Source: Camelus dromedarius (lineage: Eukaryota). From it: 64,000 bases of DNA. Position numbers and translations under genes: made by a program. The stretch covers positions 91,080,001 through 91,144,000 of the forward strand of contig NC_087472.1 in NCBI RefSeq assembly GCF_036321535.1, given 5' to 3'. Of the stretch, positions 1 to 11,426 are shown in pieces (positions within the stretch are counted from its first letter, which is position 1; every line of letters starts with the position of its first letter). A model generated the notes under the pieces. That model searched no databases. It was not told the origin of the DNA and was given only the letters and a program-made list of their open reading frames with translations.

Positions 1-720
1 TTACCAGTCCAGGAGAGGGGCTCTGGGCAGAGCATAGCTGCAGGGCCTTTTTCAAGTACTTGGGAAGCCGGAAGTCATCAGTCTTCCCTGGAGTCAGGAT
101 CATTCCATTGACAGAGCAAAAGGGTGTTCCATCTGTCGGGGCCAGGGGCCATTGATGAATACCACCACTTAGCCATTTGGCCGCATGCCACTGAGGATAC
201 CAGGGTCCACAGGCAGTCCTGAGGCCAGGTGGCTGTGCATCCTTCCCTAGCAGGACAGGCCTTTGAGCAGGATGGATGGCCAGTGCTGCCAGAATGTGCC
301 ATGAACAAGCACCAAAGGCAGGGCCTGTGGGGTCTCCAAGGGCATCAGCCCCAACTCAGTTACTTGCAGGGATTAACCCTGATTGGCTCAGATGAGAGGG
401 CACATGCTGGCATCCCTCGGCTGCTGCGTGAACCACTGCTTCCCACTGGTGTCCACCACTCACTCACATCTTCAGCTGAGAAGCTGAGGACCTGGGGCAG
501 ATACAGGAGGGTGCCCAGGGGCAGGGAGGCTTTGTCCCCCATGGGTAGTCCTAGCTTCAAGGCTCCATGACCTAGGACATAGGACCAAGCCTTGGGTACT
601 TGCACATCTTGGTCCAGTTCCCTGGGTCTGTGAGCCCTCCTATCCCTGGGCCCTGCTGCTTTCTGCCTCCTTCCTCTGGAGAAGTTCACGGCCAAGACAG
701 ACTCCTGCTGCTGGGCGGCT
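1..720 (-). pseudogene. TRPT1: Processed pseudogene of tRNA 2'-phosphotransferase 1 (TRPT1/Tpt1), running off the left edge of the window
   Basis: Minus-strand translation across frameshifts gives VNFSRGRRQKAAGPRDRRAHRPRELDQDVQVPKAWSYVLGHGALKLGLPMG..., VVDTSGKQWF...LI*ANQG*SLQV...LVHGTFWQHWPSILLKGLSC*GRMHSHLASGLPVDPGILSGMR..., NGMILTPGKTDDFRLPKYLKKALQL. This is collinear with mammalian TRPT1 as I recall it. No introns; start ATG changed to GTG at 689-687; several stops and frameshifts. Confidence 0.93.
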
Positions 721-844
721 CGTTACTTCTGAATGTGATTGACAAGCAGGAAATAGAACAGAAGCCTATTATTAAATGTTACAGGGAATCTGAAAGCCAA
801 AGAAAGCCAAAAGCCTGGCAAATGCCTATGGTTATTAGAGTCAC

Positions 845-1408
845 TGTAGGGAAGGAAAAATAACTTTCCCTCTAAACTTCTGGGTTCTTGGCTGAGACAC
901 CCCTGTAATAAAAGACAGGTTAACAGGAGAACGACTGAAGTTTAATAATGTGTACTTCCCTGTGTACATAGGAGATGCTTAGGAAAACTAACTCCCCAAA
1001 ATGACCTGAACCCACAGTTAAATGCCAACTGCAGCTAAAGATGGAAGAAATGGCACTGGAGGTGGGGTGGGGGTGGGGGTGGGGAGCAGGGGCTGTCAGT
1101 TGTGGGAGGTTACCGGGCAAAGCACAGTAAACAAAGGTAAGGTTGTTATACAGATTTAGGTCGGTGACTTCTCCATTGATGACGGTTTCCAGATATCTAG
1201 AGCCATCCTACTCTTCCTGGTACAGAGAGGGAGACACCCTTACAAATGGAGGGTGTGTTATAAATGTAAATGTATCTTATAATAGGGTAACTTCTGATTG
1301 GTTTTCAGAGCTTCTCCTGTGACAGCTGTTTGTTAAAAATAATCAGCTCAAAATAATGCTTATGCTAAAGAGACATATTTTGTGGTGACAAATTCTGCTC
1401 CCCTTTAC
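845..1408 (-). mobile_element. ERV-type solo LTR, copy 1 (family not assigned)
   Basis: Begins TGTAGGGAAGG and is homologous end to end with 1906-2417. Shared blocks include GGTTCTTGGCTGA, AAAGCACAGTAAACAA, GAGACACCCTTACAAATGGA and TTTTCAGAGCTTCTCCTGT. Strand is tentative. Confidence 0.75.
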
Positions 1409-1905
1409 CTCCAAGCAGTGTTAGGACCCCCAAACTGCTCAGCAGGAAACAGGCTGTGGAAGTTGAACAATCCCCAAGAAATGCCCACTGCAGATGTGGC
1501 TGTAATAATCAATAGAAATTAAAATTCCAGAGGGCAAAGACTAAAGCCATAGAGGAAAACAGACAAGGGGTTCCTTTAAGAGAGCAGAGCTAAAGATTGT
1601 CAGATGAGCCAACTAAGAAATTTAATCCAGTGATAGGACAATGAGTTTCTGCATTTCCAAGCCTGTTGGACTCTAATCGCCATGAACTGATGACTACTGA
1701 GTGGTTCCGCTTCTCCCTTCCTAGTATCAATGTTTCTGTTCTTGTCATCTTGCTCCTACTCCACTATGATGTTGTGGCTGGGGTACATCACTTGTCTTTT
1801 TTTTTTTTTTTTTTTTTAGATTTCAGAATCACAAGAAGACACAGCTGAACCTGACATAGGAGATCACACATCACTCAGAGATCCTGGACTTGAAGACGTA
1901 TGCAG

Positions 1906-2417
1906 TGTAAGGGAGGAAAAATAATTTTCCCTTTCTACCCTTCTAGGTTCTTGGCTGAACACTCCGCTCCCTGTAATAAAAAATAGATTAAGAGGAGAAA
2001 AACAGAAGTTTAATAACATGTATACCTCCTGTATACATGAGAGAGACCCAGGAAACTTGAGTAACTCCCCAAAATGGCCAGAGCCATCACCATCTTCTGT
2101 TAAAGACAAAAGAAGGATGTTGGGGGAGAGGGGAGGCCAGTTATGGGAGGGGACCGGGAAAAGCACAGTAAACAAGGGTAAGGTTGTTAATACAGATTTA
2201 AGTCTGCCTTCTCATTGGTAAGTTTCTAGGATTTTAGTCATCTTCCTTTTCCTGGTACACAGGGGAGACACCCTTACAAATGGATTTCCCCTTATAAAAG
2301 TCTCTTACAAAATGATAACTTCTGCTCTGTTTTCAGAGCTTCTCCTGTCGGTTGCTTCTTAAAAATAACCAGCTCAAGATAATCATATTTGGGGGTAGCA
2401 AATTTTGCTCCCCTTCA
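1906..2417 (-). mobile_element. ERV-type solo LTR, copy 2, same family as 845-1408
   Basis: TG...CA termini (TGTAAGGGAGG ... CCCCTTCA) and a collinear match to 845-1408. Confidence 0.75.
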
Positions 2418-3494
2418 GTGGTAATGGGATTGTACTTGGGAGCTCTCTCCCTTGGTGATGGGTGTGTTCTATGTATGGGAAGAGGAGCACACATAGATGT
2501 TTGTGTGGCCAGAAGAGCAGAATGGCAGAGGCCAATAGTATCCCTCCAATATCTGTTCTCCTCTGCTTCTATCATAATAGAATTTTGAACTGAGTATATG
2601 GCCATCTAAAATAAAAACTTCTTTTCCTAGTCTTCTTTGTAACTAGATGTGGTCATGGAACTAAGTTCTGGCCAATGATATGTGAGAGGAAGTGATGGGT
2701 GCAACATCCAGATTATGCCCTTAAAGGGAAGACACATGTCTTTCCTACTTTCCTACTTTCCACTAGCTGGAATCTGGAGGTGGTGGATGGCCATCTGGGC
2801 TCAGGAAACCATGGCAGCACTCTATGAATGGCAGAACAAGCTAGAAGGAGCCAGGGTTTCTGACACCATAGAGCACCTACTAGCCTAGACATTTATAGGA
2901 GAGCTTTTATTTATCTGTTACACAGTCAAACTTATGTCTTAATCAATAAGCAATTACTTATCATAACCTAATTCTAGAAATCCAGAAGAAAACAGTATTT
3001 TTAAGCTTTGTGTAAGAATAACAACTTCTTTAGCTTTGAGCAATATGAAATATAAAATGTGATAGAAAAAAGATTAATAATTATATCATATTAACAAGTC
3101 ACTCAAATTTATAAGACACCAAACTCCAAAGTTAAGGGAATGAACAACTGACTCTTGAGGAAATACATATGGTAAAGGAAAATCACTTGAGAAATGTTTA
3201 TCCTACATAGACATCAAAGATGTGAAAATTAAACTAATCTAGAGGTTTCACGTTACAGCTGATAATTACATAGGCTAATGTTTATTGAGAACCTATTTCA
3301 TGTGTTTTATATTTATATTTATATATTTAGTCTTCACAACATTTTAATATGAGAAACTGAGACTTGAAGATGTTAAGAAACTCACCCAAGGTCACATGAC
3401 TAGGAAGAGCTTTGAGCAGGATTTCAAATCCAATGGTATTTGAGTCAGTAGTCTCAACTACTATTGTCTTTCATGCCAAAAGAGCAACATTTAT

Positions 3495-3781
3495 TTTTAA
3501 GTATAGTCAGTTATAATCTGTCAGTTTCTGGTGTACAGCATAATGTCCCAGTCATGCATATATGTACATATATTCATTTTCATATTCTTTTTCATTAAAG
3601 AATATTACAAGATATTGAATATACTTCCCTGTGCTATATGGAAGAAATTTGTTATCTGTTTTTATATATAGTGGTTAACCTTTGCAAATCTTAAACTTTC
3701 CGATTTATCCCTTCCCACTCCCTTTCCCCTGGTAACCATAAGATTGTTTACTATGTCTGTGAGTCTGTCTCTGTTCTGTAG
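3495..3781 (-). mobile_element. 5'-truncated L1 3' end with 13-bp TSD
   Basis: Sequence is similar to the L1 3' ends near 25070 and 44380. GAGCAACATTTAT is duplicated at 3482-3494 and 3782-3794. Confidence 0.85.
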
Positions 3782-4289
3782 GAGCAACATTTATAATGCA
3801 CAATGCTGGAAAGACTGGTGAAGGGCTTTACTCATCCATTACTGTCCAGATACCTCACTGTCCTGTTCTTGCCCTCTGTGCCGTAGGTAACTATATTCTC
3901 CAAGTTCCTTTGTTCCCTGACTTCTGGGTAGATTTGCTCAATGGACAGTACTTTCAGAAAATTGGAGAGCAAGAAGATGAAAGAGTCCAAAGTATTTTTC
4001 TCCCTTTCTCTTTCTGTTTCTTAGGTTATCTCTTCCATGGATCCAGCTTTTTCCACCTTATCCAACTGTCCCTCCATCCCCAAGGGTGGCAGAATATTTC
4101 TGGTGTCTCCAATCTCTGGGTTATTTCACCCCTGACTCCTTAGCTCCTTCATTATGTGTGAAGTCAATTTCTTGTTTTCTTTTCCCTCTAGCACTAGAGT
4201 GGTTTTCATGTTTTTTGCTGGAATCTGACTTAATACACAGACAATATACCCCTTTTGGGAATAAGAGTAGTAATTGTGAGGCTAACTGG

Positions 4290-4765
4290 TGCCCTTCAAA
4301 GTCCAATGACCCCCATTCCTGGGCTCCTAGATGTCCACTTGCAATCCCTCAAAAGATAAAGTAAATTTTTTTCTGATGTGTGTTTTGCCCTAGCAGAATT
4401 AATAGCCTTAGGGAAGGGCTACTCTCACAATAGCTCAGACTGGTTTGTTTCAACCCGTATTTCCTCCTTATCAGAGTCATAAATCCCGCTGCTCCTTCAC
4501 AGACCCTTACTTTCTCACCTCACCTATAACCAATCAGAAACTTGTGCACGAGCTGATCATGCTGCCCACAACCCATTGTGTTCACCAACTCCTTCCCCAT
4601 AAAAGACCCTATGCTTTCATCCTCGGTGTGCACACAGGCACATCTCATCTGTGTGGCCCACTGTTGTCTGTGGTAGTGTACCTAATAAACCCCTTTACTA
4701 TTCTCCTCCTTCGTCTTTGGTAAATTCTTTTACTGCCCATTGTACCAGCCTGCCTTGTCCTACAA
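4290..4765 (+). mobile_element. ERV1-like LTR (approximate boundaries)
   Basis: CCAAT box (ACCAATCAG), TATA-like CATAAAA, AATAAA near 4684, then a GGTAAATTCTTTTAC block typical of ERV1 LTR U5 regions. Confidence 0.55.
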
Positions 4766-5456
4766 CAGTAATGATGATCATACACATTGACTCAGTTTTG
4801 TATGCTGAAAAATGTATCCTAAGGAAATAATTTAACAGAAACAATAAAACTTTGCACAGATGTCCATTTCAGCATTATTTATAACATCAGAAAATTGGAA
4901 ACCACCTAAATGTCTAACATTGGAAGAAAGGACTGAAAAATCAGGGTACATAACACAATGGAATAATGTGCAGCTATTATAATCATTGTACCAGCCAGCT
5001 TTTGCTAGATTATGCTGCAGTAGCAGATAATCCCTAAATCTCAGTGATTTATCACAGGTTTATTTCTCACTCAATTATTACCCATTGTTTGCAGTTCAGC
5101 TGCAGCTCTGCTTTATCCCAGGACCTAATTGGAAGGACTAGCTCCATGTTGATCTCAAGGCAGCAGAAAAAGAGCAAGGAGAGAATAATAAAATAGCTCT
5201 TAAAGCTTATGCTCAGATGTGGGATAGGTCATTTCTGCTCAAATTCCACTAACCAAAGCAAGTCACATGACCAGGCCTGACATCAATGGGGCATATAGGG
5301 AGACCTACCAAGAACTGGATCTGTAGAGATGGCCCCAGAGGAAAGGGACAGGAAATATTTTCGACAATAATAAAATCTTCCACAATAATGAAGACCATGG
5401 AAATAACATGGAAAATGTTTGATTTAATGATAAGTAATGTAAAAATCTACAAAAAG

Positions 5457-5492
<36 letters not shown>

Positions 5493-5557
5493 TCCATTCT
5501 AACCTGCTTCCTGGGCATATGAAGTTAGACACAGTCATACGACTAAGTTGTAGTCAA

Positions 5558-6711
5558 TGATACTATCTACCTGGAGATAATGTTAGATCCCACAAGTTAA
5601 GGACTCAGTCCCACAGGACTGTCCCTTCCCTCTCTACTTCAGATGCCAATCTCACATCCATGTTGTCACTTGTGCTTCCGAACAACTGACTATAAATTGG
5701 AAGCTCCCACAAACCCTTCCTTGGGTTCGATTAATTTTGCTAGAGGAGCTCACAGAATTTAGGGAAACAGTCTACTTATTAGATTACCAATGTATTATAA
5801 AAGATGTAACTTAGGAACAGCCAGATGGGAGAGATGCGTAGGGCAAGATATGGGGAAAGAGCACAGAGCTTCTATAGCCTTTCAGGACACGCCATCCTCC
5901 AAGAACCTCCAACGTGTTTACCAACCTGGAAGCTCTCCCAATCTTGTCCTTTTGGGTTTTCATGGAGACTTCATTAATTTAGCACTGTTGATTAAATCAT
6001 TGGTCACTGCTGATTAGTTCAAGCTCCAGCCCCTCTCCCCTCCTTAGAGGCTGGGGAATGGGGCTGAAAGTTCCAACCCTCTAATCACTGACTCCTTGGT
6101 TCCCTTAGCAACCAGCTCCCATTCTTAGGGGCTTTCCAAAAGTCACCGTATTAGCATAAACTCAGGTGTAGTTGAAAGGGGCTTATTATGAATAACAAAA
6201 GGCACTTTTATAGCTCTTATGACTCAAGAAATTCCAAGGGTTTTAGAATCCTGTGCCAAGAATGGGACAGAGACCAAATATATATTTCTTACTATAAATC
6301 AAGTTAAAAAACAAGACTCAATTGAGTAGAATTTAAAGATTGTATTGGCTTTACTCAACGATTCACGGATCGGGCAGCACCTGTCTAGCAGACAGAAAGG
6401 AGCTCCAAAGAGCTGTAGATAATGGAAGACTTTTATAGGTAGAAGGAGGAAGCACAAGGAAGTTATTCTAGCAAAGACCTGATTGTTTCAGGCAGTCAGC
6501 TTCTTTTGGGGGACAGCTGTGGTCTATCAGGCAGATTACCTCCCTAGCGCTGACCATGTAATTCCAGATTGACTGGTTTAAGATTCCATTGCTGTAAGAG
6601 ACTGAAACTGCAATTAGGTTAGATATTAAGCCTTGGTTTCGTATCATGGGCTTAGCACAAGTGACTGTATTTTGGGCCTGTTGTCCCCTTTTTAACAATC
6701 ACAATATCACA
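5558..6711. mobile_element. MER21-like LTR interrupted near its end by a nested LTR
   Basis: GATACTATCTACCTGGAGATAA...GATCCCACAAGTTAAGGACTCAGTCCCACA and the terminal TATAAATCACAATATCACA resemble MER21 as recalled. That terminus is split by the 6302-6697 insert. Confidence 0.7.
6302..6697. mobile_element. Nested ERV1-type solo LTR with 4-bp TSD
   Basis: Inverted termini GTTAAAAA...TTTTTAACA. ATCA is duplicated at 6298-6301 and 6698-6701. Removing the insert restores the host element end. Confidence 0.75.
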
Positions 6712-8619
6712 AGGACTCACTCTCATGTACCCTGATTTACCATCTCTCAGTTATTCCGTCCCAATTTTATCAGCTGATGACAATTGGTCAGAAGATCTCA
6801 GAGTGAAAAGTTAAGGAAGAGGACCTGATTGGGAGCACAGGATTTAAGTCTCCTTTTAGATATCAAAAGGAGAAATTTTTTCTTGGTAAACGTAATTTCT
6901 CCTTGGTAAAATCTAAATAATAATTAACTTTAAATATTTACTATTTCATTGACAACAACTGAATATATATTCACTCGTTTTCATTATGAGTTTACACATG
7001 ACCTCCTTTGGGACAGAGTCCCCAGACAACTGGCTGCTTTCTATAACTTTTCCCAACTTTCACTCTCCTACTTTCTCCAGAGCCATAGTTTTTAGAACAC
7101 CAAAGGTATGAACTATGGCTTCATTTGCTACACTCCATATTGTTTTTTTTTTTTTAATTTTTTTGCTCATTTGTTTATATGGCGTTTTTCTCCAAAAGAC
7201 TGGGAAATATCGTGAAGCAGGGACTTTGTCTTATTCAGCACTGTATATTCTCAGAACCTGGCTCAATAAATATATGTGGAACAATGAATGAATTCCTATG
7301 GCCATGAATAAAGGACACTGACTATTTCTGGTGTTCCTGGCAGAGAGCTCATTGCATTTGGGAAGGGAAGGCTCAAATTCCCATCTGGGCTGGACCAGTT
7401 ACCTATTACCTTGGGCAATTCTCTTAATCTCAATTTTCATCTGTCAAATGTCTCTTTGTACTATTCCATGTTTACTATGAAGGGGAAACTGTGATTCAGA
7501 AAGACCTCAAGATCATCTGGGAGAGAAAATGTGTGTGAAGATTCTCTTACAGCATCATTGAGCTTATCAAGTGTTATAGAAAGTCACAGTGAACTCATTT
7601 AGAAGTAAATATTGAGTACATTTTCTATTTGAAATGTACTTTTTGGGAAAAGAAATTAGAGATTACTTTGTACTGGTCAAGAGAACTGGTCCCCTAAATG
7701 CTTTTATTCCTATTACTAACTTATTTTAACTCCAAAAGAAGAAAAAGATGTTGAACCAATTTGAATTAAGCTCTTTCTTCTGAGAGGAAGCTTACTACTC
7801 CTGAGATGAGAGCCTTGGTAGAGATAAGCCAGTGGGGCGTTGACCACTGGACGAGGGCATTGGTGTTTAGAAGTGTGAGCCAGCAGGGAAAAGGAGGAAT
7901 GTGAAAAAATGGATCCTGGTCACCAGCTGGAGTTGCTGAGATTGGTGTACGATATCCATCCAGTTCGAGTGATGGCCTGAGACCCAATCCTATTCCTCTG
8001 GCTTTTCCTAAAAAGAGTCCTGGTGAGTATAGGTAAGTCGTGTTCCAGGAGAAGCACTAACCCGTTAACCATCACCAGATATACAACTCCCAAGTCAGAG
8101 AATTTTGAGATGTGAAACAATGAGTATGTCCTGCCCCAGGACCAGGGATATAAGGGTGGGGGTGATGGGCAACTGGTACCTCTTCCTTCTTTGTCCTTCG
8201 TACTTAACTAATGATTTCTCCCTCTTTAAGTGTCTTGATATAAAAAGGGCCCAGTTCTGTTGTTCGTTGTGCTTATGATAGGGAAAATGAGAGCAGGCTA
8301 CCTTTAGTTCTTCCAGCAAGATTGGAAGGCATTCTGACACTTTCATTATTTAGAGTACTGGCCAATACAAGTGCTAATGAAGGTTAGGTGGGAAGCAAAG
8401 TAGGGGGTAGATTACAGGGGGAAATTTAGATTATAAGGAATCCCTTTCCCACTGAGACTCACCAAATCACAAGGTAAAAATAAATCAAGGGGTCTACACA
8501 AGTGAAAATTAACATAATTTAAACACAATATGTTAGTACAAATTTGTCTGGAAGTGATCTTGAAAATTCATGCTGAGTTGCAGGCAAAAAGCTAACTGGA
8601 GCCAGAGGTCTGCCCTTCT

Positions 8620-9560
8620 CCCAGAGGGGTGGTTGCACCCAAACTCAGCTTCCCATGGGATTTCCTTCCCTCACAGGAGGACTGTACCATCTTATCAGCC
8701 TCAAGTTTCCAGAAAATGCTTATAAACAGCTGGCACGCCGAATCCAGATTCCCTGGCACCAAGCACCCCGAGTGGTCTGCCATCAATAAGGTTCCTCGGA
8801 GGCTTGCTCTACAACAAGGCAGAACAAGTGCTCCTGTCAATAGAATCCAGGCTTGCCCTTCAGGTCCAACAAGGGTTCCCTCATACTAAGGCACAATTAG
8901 CTACCACTGGCCCAACCCACCACCTGCAGAAACCAACACTGAGCCATATTATGGCAACATTTCGCAAGGAGAACAGCCAGCCACTTGGGCAAATTGATTA
9001 TTTTGAATCCCTTCCACATGGGGTGTGTATCTGACTGTAGGGCAGTAATTCATTCTTTCCAGAACTGATTCATACTCTCATTATGAGTTTGCCTTTCCTA
9101 TCCACAGTTCTCCCAGCAGCACCACCATTCAAGACTTTACAAAACGGTCACCTATTGATGTGGTATCCCATACACTATTGCCAAAAACCAATGGACCCAT
9201 GTTACTGCAAAGGAGATGCTCATGACCCTGAGAACCACTGGTCTCATCATATATGTCACCACTCAGAAGCAGAGAGCCTAATGAAATGGCCCATTAAAGG
9301 CCCAGCTAACTTCTTGGCTTTTAGACCATACTCTGTGGTACTGGGGTCACTTAGTAAGAGGGAGCCATTCTGGGTCCCATGAATTGCCTCTATTCTTGTC
9401 ACCATAAGTAACCCTGGCTGAGAACAGAAGAAGCAGTGCCCAGCTGAGCCCAACCCAAATTGTTAACTTATTGCATAAGGAGCAAATAAAATGGTTATCA
9501 TTTTAGACTATTATGTTTTGGAGTGGTTTTGTTACAAGGCAATAGATTATTAATATAACA
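8620..9560 (+). mobile_element. Degraded ERVL/MaLR internal fragment plus MLT-type LTR end
   Basis: Decayed integrase-like remnants (GQIDY-like, HWSHH-like) and an MLT1-like terminus GCCCAGCTGAGCCC...TTTTGGAGTGGTTTTGTTACAAGGCAATAGAT. Confidence 0.5.
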
Positions 9561-10688
9561 GATGATGCCAAAAATATTTGAAATTATACATAGGATGTGT
9601 CTGATACAGCTGAGGAGACTACATTCTAAGTTCTATCACATTCGAAAGAGGGTTTCTAGGCCCTTCCCTAAAGGATCATCAATAGGTGGTGAAACCGGTT
9701 CTGTGACTATCACTCAAATACTTCCTCCAGCTGAAATAAGAGAAGGGAGATTTTTATTAGTTCTCATCTTTGAGAGAGTGTTATAGATTTTCTCTCCCAC
9801 TGGGGAAGGCAAAGCCAAGCGAGGGGGCTTTTGAGAGCTGAATGAGGAGTGTCTTCAAGGTGCGTCACAGTCCAGCTGCTTGGTTACTATACTGAACTGC
9901 AGCTACCTATAGGTCCAACCTAGAGTGAGAATTTCAGGGAGAGCCAACCACGTATCTTTGGAGTTTGGAGACCTGTGTTGACATAGACATCGCTGTCTGC
10001 TTCTTGCCAGAAGAATTCTGAAGGCAGGAAGCATATTGAGCAACAATGACAGGGCAGCATGTCTGTTGTTCAACCTGGCAAGGATATGTGAGTTTCCTAT
10101 GGATGAAGTGACTTTCACAGAAAGCAAAAAAGCTTCAGCCTCTCACTTGTGCCCTGCCAGTGTATGAGGGGGATACTGGAAATAAGAAGTTGTGGGTATT
10201 CTACAAGAGGCAGGGACTGAGAAGAAGTTAGAAAAGGTTGATTCCATGTAAAAAAATTGTGCAGTCAGGAAGGTACTGAAGAGCCATGCTCACCCCATGA
10301 GAGAGCCAGCATTTTGATGCCTGGCACATAGAAGCCACTGACAGCCTAGAGAGGACTTACAGCAGCATCAAAATGTAAAAGAGACAAGGGGCTGAGGAGA
10401 GAGAGGCCAGACAGAAGAAAGAGCATCATTTGTGTCCTAGGACATGCTATCAAATCTTCCCAGTGGGAGCCTAAGAACCCTCAAGTGAAACCAAGAGAGA
10501 GTGAGCTAACTTTAGACATTTGTCATGTCCAGAGAGGACAAAACTATCTTATGACTGTACCTGTAAAGCAATCATTTACCCACCTCCATTCCCACCTGCT
10601 TCTTTCCTAGAGGAGAAGAAACTGTGTTTAGTAAAACAGAGAGAAGAAATAGATCCCTAAGGAACAGAAATAAAAGGGTTATACCTGC

Positions 10689-10719
<31 letters not shown>

Positions 10720-10975
10720 CAAGCTCCTTACTAGGGGCAGGACCCAGCTGCCAGAAAGGAGAAGAAATAATTTTAAATCAAGGTCTGAGTTTTTATTATT
10801 TTATGGGGCTGCTGGTTGTCCTCCCAACCTTCCCTCCAAAGTCATAGAATTTTTAGTTAGATACAAGTCTGCTTAGAGTAAGATCTCATTTCCCAGTCTC
10901 CCCTGCAGGTAGACACAGTAATAGCATTAAGTGATGTTAACAACCCATGGGTAGTGCCCTTAAGGGAACTGGGTT

Positions 10976-11426
10976 CGTAACCGAGCAGGACCCTGTGTGG
11001 CCTTCCTGCGTCAGAACCCTCCCCCATATGTGCTGCTGTAGCTTCTCTCTGAAATATCCAGATAATAGTATCTCATGCATATTTCCTGAGTTTTTCAGAT
11101 GCTAAAAATCACTAACAAATGGAAGTAAGTAACTACTTGATGATCTTGAGCACCTGGCCCCCAGACCTTCTGACTGCCCTCAACATCAACCAATCAGAGA
11201 ATCATGTGTGAGCTGATGATCACGAACCTGAGACCACCCCCGCCCCCTTACCTGGACTTTAAATATGCTTTGCTGAAATCCTTCAGGGAGTTCGGGGTTT
11301 TCTTGGGCATGAACCACCCGGTCCTCTTTGCTCAGCCCTGAAATAAACCTTTTTCTGCTCCAAATTGTGTTTCAGTTTGTTTTGGCCTCACCATACAATG
11401 GGCACACGAACTTGCATTGGATAACA
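10976..11426 (+). mobile_element. ERV solo LTR upstream of the TAB3 promoter
   Basis: Inverted-like termini (C)GTAAC...ATAACA; flanks GGTT/GGTA (3 of 4 TSD match); CCAAT near 11190, TTTAAATA near 11258, AATAAA near 11342. Confidence 0.75.

Noticed and set aside
360..695. Functional short TRPT1-derived protein
   Set aside because: No ATG start, frameshift after SAEDV and catalytic motifs lost.
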